This document shows, piece after piece, positions 26,601 to 41,600 of a DNA stretch of 64,000 bases. The notes under the pieces were generated by a model. The model saw nothing but the letters and a program-made list of their open reading frames with translations. It had not been told where the DNA came from and ran no database searches. The stretch's first letter is position 1; the number at the start of each line of letters is the position of its first letter. Position numbers and translations under genes: made by a program. Source of the stretch: Antedon mediterranea (taxonomy: Eukaryota; Animalia; Echinodermata); contig NC_092678.1 in the NCBI RefSeq assembly GCF_964355755.1, positions 2,124,422-2,188,421 on the forward strand, in the 5' to 3' direction.

Positions 26601-29600
26601 TTTTCCATGCTATTAATAATTGTTTTTTTTTTTTCCAGGCAGTACGAGAAAGCTACCAACTTATATAGTCACATGACCTAGCGGCAGACTATACCACTTT
26701 CTTTTTTTATACAGATAATTTTATTTTTCAAATACTAAGCCAAAATAATGTGCTATAGACAGTAAACAGTTCGGGACGCATGCTCCCTAATGCAATTTGA
26801 TCTTTTTCCGAAAATCATGGGGACTCATTTAATGTGTGCTCACTTTGAGACTACAATAATTGAGTTACTAAAACGTATTTCCTATATATCATATACCGGT
26901 AATTTATGCAAATTTTCTTGTTTATTCAGAATTTAATTGTGCAAAAGTGGTGAAAATAAACAGTGCAACTAGGAAATGAAAGCGTGTCTGTTACTGATGA
27001 ACCACACTGAACATTTACAGATGTTATCCTGGTTTAACATAGGTCAAAGTGCAAAGGTAAAATTCAGTCACATGACTATTCTAACTTTGGTATCATTCTC
27101 AGGATTTGAAATGCAGCTCCATTAAATGTTATGTATGAAATGGAACTACAATTTAATGGAACTACTTTTTTTGTATCAAGTTAGCAGCTTTCACAAAAAT
27201 GGATTTTTTTTGTAGTTGTTTTATTTTCCGTGCAAGAGTCTATGCAGAGCTTTCGTTAATGGATGGATGCGTTTTCTGAATTAGCATAACAGTGATACAG
27301 TAGTATTTTCGGCATACATGTTTGTGAAGCATTCAAGTGGTTATGTACCTTCAAAATAGGCTCAATTTCTTCCTGGTATGCCATGAGAAGTTGAATGATC
27401 GTCAAGAAATGATTTGATTAAAATGAAATATTCAACAACCAGTTGGGGTAATAGATTATAGGGATCGGAATGTAATGAAGAAAAAAGAAACAATCATTCT
27501 ATTCTGCATATAACATCATTGTGTATTATTGGGGGCACACCCAAGAGAAAATTTGTTGAAATCCGCAAATTTTTTGTTTTATAAAACAGACAATTTTGAA
27601 TGATTAATATGATAAATAAACGTTCAAAATTGTCTTGTTAATAGTTAGCAATTGTTTGGTCTAGATTAATTTCAGGCAATATTTCATGGAAATACTAAGC
27701 AAAATTTGTGAGAAGCAAAACAAAATATGTGTCCGTGGCCTAAACCATTATGCGTGAGACAAACTGTCCAATCTGAAATTAAGCTACAGTGCATTACAAA
27801 TTGAAGCACACTTTACAAACAATATGGGACAAGAAAATTAAAGAAAATGACAACACGCCAACATTTCATTAAACAATTTACTAAAAAGCAGACTAAATTT
27901 GGCGAATTGTTTTTGTCTGAGTGGATTTAATTTAGAAGACTGTAAACAAATACAAAACCTTCTGCCCTTGAACAATTCAAGGTCAGAGGTCACACAAACG
28001 TGAACGATCACAATCAAGACACTCAAACCACTCAAACAAAATTGCAAATGTTCGTGTTTGTGATATATGTAAATGATTTTTTTTTAATAATTTTGTGTGA
28101 CAAAATGTTTCAGGGCCATTATTATTATTTTGAAACATTTTATTACCATTTTAAGGTTCATAGTGGTAAAAGTTAATCTTTTGTCTTAATATAAAATAAT
28201 TTTAAAAAATATCAAAATTTCTTCATAGCAGCAAAACGACTTGCTTTTTTATAGATAACTGTTACCACAACCCCTGAACACATATATTTGTTATCTTGCA
28301 ACTTAACATTTTATCAGAACCAGAGCCTGAAATTAAGGCTTAAACAATTTGGAAAGGTCAAATGGTAAAGGTCAAATGGTAAAGGTTATCAGAAGTGAAT
28401 ATATTGTTTCTTCTTTCAGTAGAAAATTCTGAAGATAATGCTAATGTTGCCCTGTGATAGGTGGTTGCCACACTCATTTATAATTTGGATGCATGAAAGA
28501 AAAGAAGATAATAATCATTAATGCACCCTTAATTTGTTAAATTATTCATGCTGATGGCCAGTACATCTCATTAGCATAATTGGCTTTAGAATTAACAGGG
28601 TTAAAACATTTCCCAAAAACAGATTGGACAACCTTTTAACCAATAATGAAAACCCGTAGCCCTGGTTAAAAGTGGAAGAATCCAAAAAGAGTATAATATA
28701 ATAATCTGTAAGTGTTGGTCTTTATTGTTAAGGTTGGGTAAATTTTAACATAACGATCATCATTGAAGAACAGAAAAAGGACTTTAAAGCAAGAAACCAT
28801 CACAAAGCAAGTAAAAAGCCAATCCATTTTCTAATGTGCTACGGGGTATTATAAATTTGCAGCAACTTGGGCAGTCTCGGACATTAAAGGAGTTGGCACA
28901 TCCTTATTAGGAAATCTATGGAGCAATGAGGCAAGTTCTCACATATAACATCAGTACATTAAACATCTAACATTACTAAATTTGTCACAATTCTACTTGG
29001 CAATCGTTTTATTCAATTTCTATGAATATTGTTCTAATAGCCTAGTAAAAAGCGTTTTCTAATTTGAAGCTTAGCTAGCATAGCTTAGGAGAAGGAGGAC
29101 CTTATAGATATGAAGGCAGGTAGCTTATAGCATGGGGGATTGACTTGGGAAGGGTGGGTTTCTTTTAAAATCCTCAAAGATTGATTTTCCCTTTAATGGG
29201 ATTTTTGGGATGGAGGTTGGTATAATCTTAATTAGGATGCCCATTCATTTTTAAAAAGTAATGAGGCCCATGTAAAACCTTAAGCTCAGTCTACACTATC
29301 AAACTAGTTTGACAAAAAAAAGTGTGATGTGCCCAAATATGGTATTGATATGACATTATCGTGTCTATATATAAGCACATCATAATCTTTTGTCACATAA
29401 AGTTTGATAGTGTAGACAGAGCTTAAGTGCTGCCTTATGGTTAAACTTTGCGACTGTGATGCCGGGATAATTTATGGCTGTAACAATATCTATAGAAACT
29501 AAAAAGCATTTCAATTTTTGCTTGAATATTTTTCCCAGTTATTCAGTGAGAACAACCCTCAATCATTGTATTACTTTTAAGCACATTTTTTTTTTGGAAA

Positions 29601-32600
29601 GAAATTTCATGCGAAAGACAAAAATCACTCACCTGGCCTTTGAGTCGTGGATGAATGAGAATGTAACCGTTGCTGTTGATTCCGAATGCATACCCTTCAG
29701 GCCCAATCTGGAGGTAAACAAATAACATCAACAAAAATGTTTTTAATAACATGATTCAAAAATACACCTTTAAACGAGAAGTATGATATTTACATTTTAA
29801 AAATCAAGGGTTAAGTTATGAAATTATTAAAATATGAATACGATTGTTGATTTTGTTTTTTTATTTTCATTTCATTATAAATAAAAATTTGTTGATATGT
29901 TTCAAGAGAACAAATTTGCAGGATTTTAACCCAAACTTATGGTAGAAAAACAAAAAGATAACTGCTATGCTGTATGTATTACAAACTGTAAGACGAAACA
30001 TGAATCTCTCTGAAGAGTAGGGTGTCACCTGATGTGCTGGTCATTACAACCAGACTGGCAAAAGAGCAGAGTTTGGTGGCAGATAAGAGAGATGATAAGT
30101 TGTTGTATGTGACATCTCGTCAAATGCGCTTTAAGATGGTCATTACTGAATAAGGTGCATTATAAATAATTATTTATTTAAAAAAAATAATTAGCTTTTT
30201 AACCTGTAGAGTATGCTTGATAGAAGAAAAAAATAATTACCTAAATAATAACTAAATGTGTTTTATGTATTGAAAAAAGTATTGAAAATGTGTACATTAA
30301 TGTAAATATATTGAAAAATGTAAAACAAAGAAATAGTACATTTGATTTACATTAGATTAGAGTAATAGAATAGAAAACTAGATTAGTAATAGAACATACA
30401 CTAAAGAAAACAAATGAAGAAATGTATTCATGATTGTACAGGGAAGGGGGGGGGGGGTACTAATTTCTTACCATTGTGTGTAGTGTGTGAACGCAATAGA
30501 AACTTACCATACTCAAAAGTGAAATACAAATAGATAGATAGATACAATGATAGATAAACATGCAAGTGTGAAAAGGGTTAATTATTATCAAATAATTCAT
30601 AAATTTACATTAGAAAACCTAATAATTAAATTTACGAAGTAATACTATACCTACTAATATTTCTACTGATATAAACTATCTTGTATCTACACCAGTAGTA
30701 AATTGTTCATATTAATTATCTTTTTTAAAAAACCATTTAATTATTATACAAAGATAATGTGTAATTAATTTTATATTACAGTTTAAAATTACATCATTTA
30801 ACATTAAAATACACCATTTACAATACCAATTTGTTAACTTAAAACATATAACATGGGAGTATGGTTTCTATACGGAAATCTAGGTCATATTAATTACAAC
30901 AAAATTAAAATACAAATAAATATAATAATATTATAAACTAATTGGAAAATAGGCAACAAAAAGTACCTAGATTTCTTAATAAAGATACAATTTAATTATT
31001 GTTCCTTTTCTTCAAATAAATAAATAAATATACTACCAATTAAAATAAAATTAAATGTAAATAAAAGAGGTATACAGAACTAACTTTATTGAACAATCTA
31101 AAAGAATAATTCCACTCAAGGAATACTAAACATACAGATATGAGCTTGACAATTTAATAAATTGTTTATCAAATGATTTAGCACGAATAGCCAACACAGA
31201 GAACAAATAGCGAAACAAATATACAGTAAAACACAGAAGCTCTAAATTGTGTAGAAAAAAAAATGTTTTGCACATTAAATAATTATAAATAAAATATGTA
31301 CTTAAAGCATAAAAACTAAACATAGAATGGGATGATCAGCCATTTTGCCATTTTGAGTATCTCTAAACATGTATTAAATAATGGTATTCCTGTCTCTGGG
31401 GATAAGCTTTAAAGTCTCCTGGGGTATTAGGCTATTCCAAAGCTCTGTCTACACTATCAAACTTTTGTCAAACAAATTTGATAGTGTAGACGTCTCAAAG
31501 CTTTAGGGTTAAGTTGTCTGGTATCCCTTTCACACTGCCTAGCCTAACTCCAGAGTTTACACACACCTGGGGAGTCAAAGCTAACATTTTGTGAAAGGGT
31601 TATAGGATAAGAATTGTTCTTTCTTTAGGGGAAACACTAGCACGTATTGCTTGAACAGATCTTGAACCAATGTGTGACCAATGTAGTACGAGATGTTTAG
31701 AATGTTGTTGTTGATGATGCTCTAGGCCACAACATAGGGATTTAATATTAGACAATGTATAGCATTACAAAACTTCCCAAAAAAAAAAAGTTTTACACTA
31801 AAAGCACATCTAAATACATACATCAAAACATATTTAAATTTAAATTATTAAAATATGCTGGTGACAAAATGACAGATGTGAAATTAAGCAACTATTGCTA
31901 AAAAAAATCTGAAACGGAGTTGACAACAAAAATCACCAACTTAAGGTGTTGACAACAAAAATCACTAACTTAAGGATTTTACAACAAAAATCTACTGGAA
32001 GAAAACAAAGTGAAAGTCACAAATTTCACCGACATAAACAATATCACCAACTTGTACAAACGATACTGATTACAAATAATTTGACTAGTTTATCGAGGGC
32101 GCCCTGAATGCGTTTTTTTCCTCGGACTGTTTCAAACTTACGCAACGGTAACTGCTATTAAAAACAGGCTGTAATAAAAGAGATAATAATGCATTTTTTT
32201 AGTCTATTTTCCACAAGAAATGTAAATTTGAAATCTTATGTTAAATTTGATATTTTTATTTTTCAGGGGGACATTATTTAAATGGGAAGTGCATATGGAA
32301 CTATATTGAATATTATATTCCTTATTATTGGATACAAATAAACCAATATTTATATTATTGGCATAAGCAGAAGAATCATTGAGATATGAATGGATGAGTA
32401 TTTAAATAAGTATTCATTCTTATCAGTAGTAATTGTGATAGAAGAATGAGGATCTTACATGAAACATTAGTAAGGTAAGATTTTCAGTACACCAATGATT
32501 AACATCATTTAATATGTTAAGAATAACTTGAAGCTTTGATGGTTGTACCACAAAACTGTATCGAAAATCTTACTTTACTATTAAAGATGTTTATGAAATT

Positions 32601-35600
32601 GCTGTTGTTTGTGGTGATGATAGGATAAAATGATTTAAAATGTTTGTATTTTAAATAAACTTTCTCATCTTTTTAATGTCAAACAAATGAATAATAATTT
32701 ACTGACAATCGTTCATAATCTAAAATAGAATTACTGATAAAAAGAGTAAATAATACTAAACGACAATCTATTTTAATATTTGGAAAATTTACAAAACCTT
32801 ACATAGTGTGTATTAAATTCCAGAATGTGATAATTTAATAAAAAACAATAACTAATAAAAATAAACAAATAAAAAAATTAAATGGTAATTCCCTCTAACA
32901 GGTAAAATGTTCTATGAAAATTGTCAAACGTTAAAGAAGTCATAGAATATCTAAAATAGTCGCTGTTAAGCAGGACGAAAGCAATAGAAACTGCCAAAGG
33001 CTGTATCTTCACCCCTAAAAAAAACAGTTGGCAAGCCTAAAGTAAACACGTAGATCCTAACCAGTGTTGGCGCCTATCAACTTCGTCAGCACCTTATATG
33101 GAAATACTATACTAGTTTTTAAATAGTTTTCTGAATTTACCTAACTTCTATTTTGATATGAAAAAAGCAGCTTAAAAGCAAAAAGATTACCTTACTAAAA
33201 TTTCCAAGCAAGAATAATTTAAAATCTAAATAAGGTTTTGTAAAAAGGGAAGGAGGAAAGATCGTGATTGTTGCGTTAGACTTGTTTTAAAGTATGTTCT
33301 ATTGTAAAAATATTAAAAGCATGCTATATATACGTTACAAGTCATACATTAGATTCCCAAAACTCTAAAGTACTTTACTTTTAGAAGATAAAGTATAAAA
33401 TGTAATTTAACAACAAAAGCTAATATTCCTCTACTATATATACTCTTTGAAATAAAATTAAAGCATAACTATTTTACATTCTCACTATTACTGAATTAAA
33501 AATGTAGAGATATATTTAAAGTATAAATTGTATGCTATTTGGCATTAATTGCCAATGTAATAGAGCATTTCCTAGATATAGAAAACTAATGACATATCGA
33601 ACTCCACAAGTAATACTACAGTATGACGTACATATCAAATATAGCTACTAAAGTATATAGCATTAAAATATGGCAAGCTCCTTCTAGACTGAAGTTAGCA
33701 AAGCATTCTCAGCTATAATATTAAAAAGTTAATTCAGTAATTGCATGCAAGGCAATATCTTTCATCAAACAAATTTAATTTCAAAATCGATAATACAATT
33801 ATGAATCAATCATACAAACTATTAAAAATCTTTGGTTAAAAGTTGAAATAAAAATAACAAATATTGAAAAAATATTAAAACAAAAGTCAAAACATGCGGA
33901 TACTTTACCTAAAAATTATTCTTGAAATTATCTCCGTCGGAGTAATAGTGCATGCATTGTGGGTAGGGGGGCACATTCAATGTTAATGAAATAAGATAAT
34001 GTACAACAGAAACTAACAGAAGAAATCTGACATGATGTTTTCTTATTAATATATACTTGCTTAAATTATAAGTGATAACAGTCATAAACAACGATGATCT
34101 CAGTGATGAGAAATGTTGGTTGTACTATTCCTTCACCGAAAAAGAAATATTCTTCAAAAAGTGGTTGAAGTAGTAACTAGCCTCAATGTTCCATAAACAA
34201 TTTCGCACCCAATTCAAGATTTTAATTAATTTTCAAGAGGAGCTTATCGAAAGCCTATGCATACTGTATGTATTACGGTCACAGGTAAACAACGTGATTT
34301 GGTGTTGCTGTTTATATGAAAACAATATTTTTACACCCATAAAATATATATGATTTGTTTTTGTTTTTTTTAAACTATTTATTTTTTTTAGAAACAAATT
34401 TGTACACACTTATTTTTATTGCTTTGCTGAATCAGATTATAAAAGAAAATATTCCTCTATCATTTAAAATTCCTTCTACTTAGTATTTTGTCTATTGGCT
34501 TCCGATTAGTCTTGTAATTTAAAATAATTTAAGCAAGTATTTAAGAAAATAAAGTATGAAGCTGTTAAAGATAAAGGAAAATGATTTAAGCATGTTATGA
34601 TGATAAAGAAAAGTTAAGAACAAAAAGGACTAGATCAATATCATGTTTTATCTTCTGTGTTATAAAAATATTAAAGAAGATTATTACAAGAAATGTGTCA
34701 GTTTGATGGGTAAATACATTTGGACATGTCAAAATAGTACACTTGGACAGATCAACGTAGTACACTTGGACATGTTAACATGGTACACATGTTATCAATA
34801 TTAAAGATTATAATTAGAAGAATTGTGTCAGTTTGATGTGTTAACATGTCAACAAGATAAACTTGGACATATCAGTATGGTGCCCTGGGACATGTCAACA
34901 TGGTACACTTGGACATGTCAACATGGTACACTTGGACATATCAGTATGGTGCCCTGGGACATGTCAACATGGTACACTTGGACATATCAGTATGGTGCCC
35001 TGGGACATGTCAACATGGTACACTTGGACATGTCAACATGGAAAACGTAAACATGCCAATTTGTACTACAGTATGTGCTGAATCCACTGCAGCCAGATTT
35101 AGTTACAAATTATTTTTAAAATATTTGTGGAAAATTGTGCATTCCAGTACTGCCATATACTGTATAAATTACACTTGTCAATTGGTAATTATAGTAATTG
35201 AGGTATAACCATAGAACACTTCTACACTCATCCCTGACGTCAACGTGTTAAATATAAAAAATGACTTTATAAAATTAAACCAAGACAAATACTATACTTA
35301 ATACTATTGTTTTGAATGATTATAAAGAAATGACTGATAGTAAACAATGTGTTAATTGACTAAAACAATTGATGAAAAACAATATGAATACATAGTTATT
35401 ACAAGTATATAGATTAGCTTAAAAATCTACTTACACGAGCTTTAGGAACCAAGTTTTCCATTCCTTTAATCGTCACATCTGTACCAACTACACCAAGAAG
35501 TTGTTGATTCTAGACACAATATTTAAAATTAAAAAGAAATATTTAATGAAAACGATTCCATAAGAAAATTTCATCAGAAACATAGTTTGGGTTGAACATA

Positions 35601-38600
35601 TGTTTACAGGATTATACATATTATAACTTAACTAAAAAATTGATATATGAAATATTTTCATACAGTATATTGATAACAAAGTTTTCTATTCTTTTCTATT
35701 CTATTCCAATAGTCAAAATTATCGGCACAGGTTCAAGGTATTTGTAAGTGGAGAGGGGAACTATATGTCAACAAATAATTCTTGGTCCTTTCTCCATTAA
35801 ACGGTTGTCATAATAATGCTTTGTATTTCTTTTCTTCTTTATTGTATGTATTTGTTTCTTATGGACAGTTTGTCGGAAATAAAGTTGAATGCTTTTCTTG
35901 ATCATATTTCTGGTGATAAAACATTCTGGGACAAGGACAAGAGATCCAGTGTACACATCTGGCACGTGTGTACTTAAAGAACACAGCGCACTACCCTTGT
36001 TACTATTTTGTCCATTTAAGGAATATTTCCTGGGCCAAATCATCATGAATTCTATTCTTTTAACTGTAGCCTTTTTCAATTAAAATGTAAACGATATTAT
36101 TATATACTTTAACTTTGTGTTTTTAAATTTATATTTTATTATCAACCTGTAATTGGTGCCTTGTACTGTTGGTTGTGAAATAAAGAATAAAGAAAAACAA
36201 AGAATAAAGAATGTCCATTTACTAATGCAACATAATGTTTACTTACCGCTGAACCATCTGGAAGTTTTGTCTTGTTAAATGCTGGCAGTGTTAGTGTGGT
36301 CATCATTCCAAGTCCCTGTAATGGTTTTAAATAATAATAATAATACTAATATTTCTCTTAGCTTCTTTATAATCCCTATGTCACATGTGATCTTAGGTGA
36401 TACTTGGCATGCAACAACTTTTTACCCAACAAAGTGTCCCTAACAAAGTGTCGCTTGCAAAGAATGACCTGAGAAAGGTGTCAGAAGAAAGTCCTACAAC
36501 ATGGTATATATATTTTATACATTTGCTCAATTACAATAAATAAAACATTACATTTAAAAAGATAATGGCTTACCAATGCATCTAGGTAAATGTTAGACCA
36601 CTGATATGTCCGATTTCCTGCTAACACTAGAGGACGACTCAACACAGGAATATAATCCTAGAAGAAATAAGCGATAGATTTAGAGGCTTAATGGTACATT
36701 ACTAGGCAGCCCACCTTTCAATATTATATTGTTCACCAGGTGGAATAACCTTCAATGGACACACAGCTAGGCATCATGCATTCTGTTTTTAAGCTGTATG
36801 TTACATACCAGATTCATTTTAGGGAAGAGTGAAATTACAATATTTAAACCGTAAGTAACCCTAATTTCACTCTTCCCTGATATTATAAAGTAGAAAAATA
36901 AAAAAGGCCAAAGTAAACATTCTACTTACCAATGTTGTTAACCGAACAGCTCCGATTGATGGAATATTGCTAAAGTAACCTATACAAACAATAGGAATAA
37001 AGATTACTTATACAATGTATCCAATGAATGAATGGAACACTTTTTACACCTCTCAGAGGAGAGAGATAAATGAAGGAAAAGTTAAGGTAACAAGCAGACT
37101 AAATTGTTGAATACTAACCATTTGTGAGACAGGCCATTTCTTTTACTCCATCTGAAGATACCATGGCGTTTGGACCTACATTGTACACAAATATTCGTGT
37201 CTAAAAGAAAATGATCAAAAACATTAAGCTCAAATAAGTTGTATCAGTTTTTTGTTTCCAATTCCAGACTAAAGCATATAGCCTAAGGATACAATCAGTA
37301 TGGCAGAGGCAGGCTCGAACCTATGCTAGTCCGACTTCCTTATCATTACACCTAATAACTCTCCAATCTATATCCTAATGCAACTGAGCCAACATTGCTT
37401 AAAAACGAGGATCTGATTGACGAGAACCGGTGATGGACGCATTTCTATTTCTTTATAAGTATGCACATATATTTTTTTCTTCCATTGTAAATGATTATGA
37501 CTTACTCTTTTTTGATCATTGTACTTTTTAATAATTTCTTCGCCAGAATCGGGGCCACCATCTGTGAACATCAGGATGACTGAATTACAGTCCGCTCCTT
37601 TGCCATTATCAGAAGTTGTGGCCTCATCCATTAGCTACAAAACAAAATATCAGGTTATTAAAGGATATAATATTCCATTCCATACTATCTTATATTCTAA
37701 AATTTACACTTTACATTCAACATGCTATGCACTTTTCAGTTTAAACCTTTTTCCAGTCGACATTGAGTTGTGGTTGCTGAGCCAGACAGGCCTGGAAAAG
37801 AATTAATTAGGCCTATCACTGATATATTAACGATTCACAGGAAAAGAGGTAAAAATCAAAACTATAAATCGTTTTGCGACACTTCATGCCTTTTTGTCTC
37901 AGCAATGCTTGAGAGTAACCTTGGTTTAGCAAAACTTCATGTCTTTTTGTCTCAGCAACGCTTGAGAGTAACCTTGGTTTAGCAACACTTCGCATCTACG
38001 TGCCTAAGCAACGCTTGAAGAAACGCTCAAACAAGTCAAATTTTAAACGATCGATAAATTTTGATCTTTTAAAATTTGTGTAAATTATTAGTAAGTTATA
38101 AAACACATTTACTTTATCAAGGGATATAAAGGCAAATTCCAAAGCTCTTGTATAGTTTGCCATCTCCTCTGTCGCATTATTTTCCATATACTCTTTCAGT
38201 TGTTTCTTTAAATGCTAAAAAAAAATAAGATTATTACATAATTTTCACAATTGCGTTTGTGTTTGGATAGCAATAACTTCTTTACTATTTACTGCAGTTA
38301 CTGCAGCTTTTGTCCAACTTTAGTTTGTTTTTAAAAAAATGTTTTAAATATACATGAATGGCAACAGAAAAAAATCGAAAATATGATGGAGGCCTGACTT
38401 CAGATGGGTTATACAATTTGAACATTATTGCACTGCAAACACGGGGTAGCCAGCGATTGAAACAAATGATGGTAAACCTAAATTTGCCCAATTCCAGTAA
38501 AACTCTAAGCCAGAGGACAAAGGTTATGAGGTTCGTTTATGCTAGATTTGACTGAAATTAAAAATAATGATAGATGTTTGATGGGTCAACTTTATGCAAG

Positions 38601-41600
38601 AAGTATAATTATGCCAGAGATTTAGCCATTATGTTTGCTATTTTTTTCAAAAACAAAATAAATGAAGTTGAGAATATCGACATTTTGGTTGGGAAATGGG
38701 AAAGTCTTTTCCATTTTAGAAACTTTGCGCCACAAACTTTACTAATTTGAATATTAAATATTTGCACATTACCTGTTTATTTCTCAAATTAGCTTGAACA
38801 AAAGTTGTCAGTTTAGGATCTAGAAATGTTGTGTTGTCATTGAACTGTATAGAAGACAGAAATATGTTATATATAATTTTCATATAATAGCCATATAGAT
38901 TAACATTCTATTCAGCAAAAAAGCCAATAATACACAAAGAGAAATTACTTGTTGGCCACACTGTACAAAGGTTCAATTCTCTCCACCAATAAATCCGGTA
39001 GAACAAGTCTTCTCAGGTCGTGTGCAACCCAATGCATCTTTTAGAAGAATAGTGGTTAGTATGATGTACTGATGTGCTCATCGTTCATGTTAGGCTGCAC
39101 AGTGAACCCTGTAGAAGGCCTAAATCAAATTGATAATAATATAAAACAAACTCACCATTGCTACATTTACAAAGTCATCATCTCCAAGCGTGTCAATTGC
39201 TTCGGAAACAGAAACTTTTATCAAGTTTGAAGTGATGCCACTGGTACTACCACTCCTAATATGGAAAGGTGTTTTGTTAAATAAGCTCTGTCTACACTAT
39301 CAAACTGGTTTGACAAAAAGTGTGATGTGCCCAAATATGGTAGTGATATGCTTAAATATGGTAGTGATATGACATCATCATTTCCATATATGGCCACATC
39401 ACATTTTTTTGTCACAAGTTTGATAGAGTAGATACAGCTTAAAGATGTATCATCCCTCTAAAAATAATCCTAATAATAAAAAAATAAAAAATGTTCTTAC
39501 ATATCCACAAGTATTAGAACGTCTTTTGGTGAGTTGGCCGCACCGATGTACCTGAGAAAAAAAATCAGATTTATATTTGATTATAAAGAATTTAAATAAA
39601 TTAGTATATTATTTTATATTATATAATAAAGTTAAAGCTGGTATTACTATTCTAAGCATAAGAATCCCACAATACAGTCATGTTTAGTGTTTTGGTTAGT
39701 TGTTTCATATTATATTAGGTAATTGGTTAGACTATTGTCGTAATTCTTTGCAATATTTTGTCGTCAAATTTAAAGATGTATTGTCCCGAAAAAACATGAA
39801 AAATGAAGTTTAATAAAATTTTATAATAATAAAAACTAGGCCATTTCACAGTTTTATTTGTTTATGTTTTAATGAGCGTCGAAACAAATTGAAAAATCGG
39901 CTTCGCTTCATTGCAAAAACACATTTTATTTGTTTATGTTTTAATGAGCGTCGAAACAGATTGAAAAATCGGCTTCACTTCATTGCAATAACACATTTTA
40001 TTCATTTTTATTTAACTATATAAGTACTAACTTTCTGCTAACAATTGCTGATCATCTCTAGATTCACATCAATTGTTCAATTTCAATGTAATTTTAATAG
40101 AACATTAAATGAAGGCTATACATGTTTTTAATTACTGTTCTGCCTGATTGCACATTAACATAGTAATGTCATTTTAATGAACCATTCGACAATGCTGTGG
40201 TTTGATGTATGTATGTTTGATTCAAATGCATGTAAACTATGGGAATTCTACTTGACTGCATACAACATAATATTCTAATGCATTTATTTTTAAGTGCTGG
40301 ATCAATAAAATTGATTTTGATAAGAAAGGTGTTAAAACACTCCTTCAATTAAATCCAAAAAAACAGATTAAGCAAACATAGAAACTAGGTCTTAAACAAT
40401 GCTATTTATAAATATATTTTTTTAATAGCTTTTTAGTATTTTGGAGAGTACTGTATATTGTTTGTAGGGCTATCATGGTGATTATATGTTCTTTGATGGA
40501 GTTGGGTTCACGGCAACAAAGTACGCAATAATTGGATAAACCGGTAAATTGATATCCTAAAAATATTGAATTAAATGATGCAAAAGTTCATATAGGGTTT
40601 TTTATATAAATATGTTTTTTCTGATATCAATTTTCTAAATTTGTTTAAAATATGAAAACAATGTTAGAAATTCCGAATCATCTCCCAAATCCAAAGATAT
40701 TGATAAGCCGATATTTGCATATTGATTTTGCCCGTAAAGACCGAGCGACATTCAATATCCCGCCACTTCACCTGTAAAAATCTGCTTCGTAATTGGCCAG
40801 ATTTATGGTAAGGAGGGCAGTTGATGTGTGACATTGTTAGGAAATGGGATTCCATCGTTTGCACTTTAAGTGCTTGTATTGATGTGTCAGTTTCAAGTAG
40901 AAATTCAGAGTCAAACTAAAGTTATATTATTTATCTGGTATGCAATATTAAGCACATGTTTGAAAGTGAACAGAAAATCTTCAATTGGATTACAAATGAA
41001 TATGGACTATAAAAAACTGCATTCGTGCGTATGTATGTACATGATAACAGGACTGCAGACATAACAAAAGGAAGGTGAGTCCATTTTTTCATAGTAATAT
41101 TATTCTTTACACATGGTAATAAGTACCTAGGAATAAGCAATTTTGTAGTAAAGTTATTGCTTACTTGTCCAATTAATATTTGTAACATATAATATAATGT
41201 ATACTTACCTTAACAAAAAATTATTAAAAATTTGTAATAAAAATCTACATAATGCATCACACTACATATATAACATTAAAACGTGCACATTACAATAACA
41301 CTTAGTTTTTAAAAACTGTTATACTACCAATAAAAATACAAAATAAGAAACCACAACACCATACATGCAACTACTGTACAGGAAGTGCCAAGTAAAAATA
41401 TCAATAATAATAATAATAAACATGGCCGGATCAAACGACTAAGCAATGAACAAAGTGGTTATGTTAACCCATGGCTGTCAAAAGTAAAAAAGAACACTTA
41501 GTTTTGATAATCAACTTAGAAACATAAAACAATTTACAAAACAAAATAATAAATAATAGACAATTCTTTCATGTTAAAGTTAGAGACTGTTCATCTACTT

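Noticed and set aside
32074-33092. Possible alternative terminal exons in the 5.7-kb intron (acceptors near 32167, 33015 and 33092)
   Set aside because: I could not build a consistent chain with realistic intron sizes, and there is no homology support.
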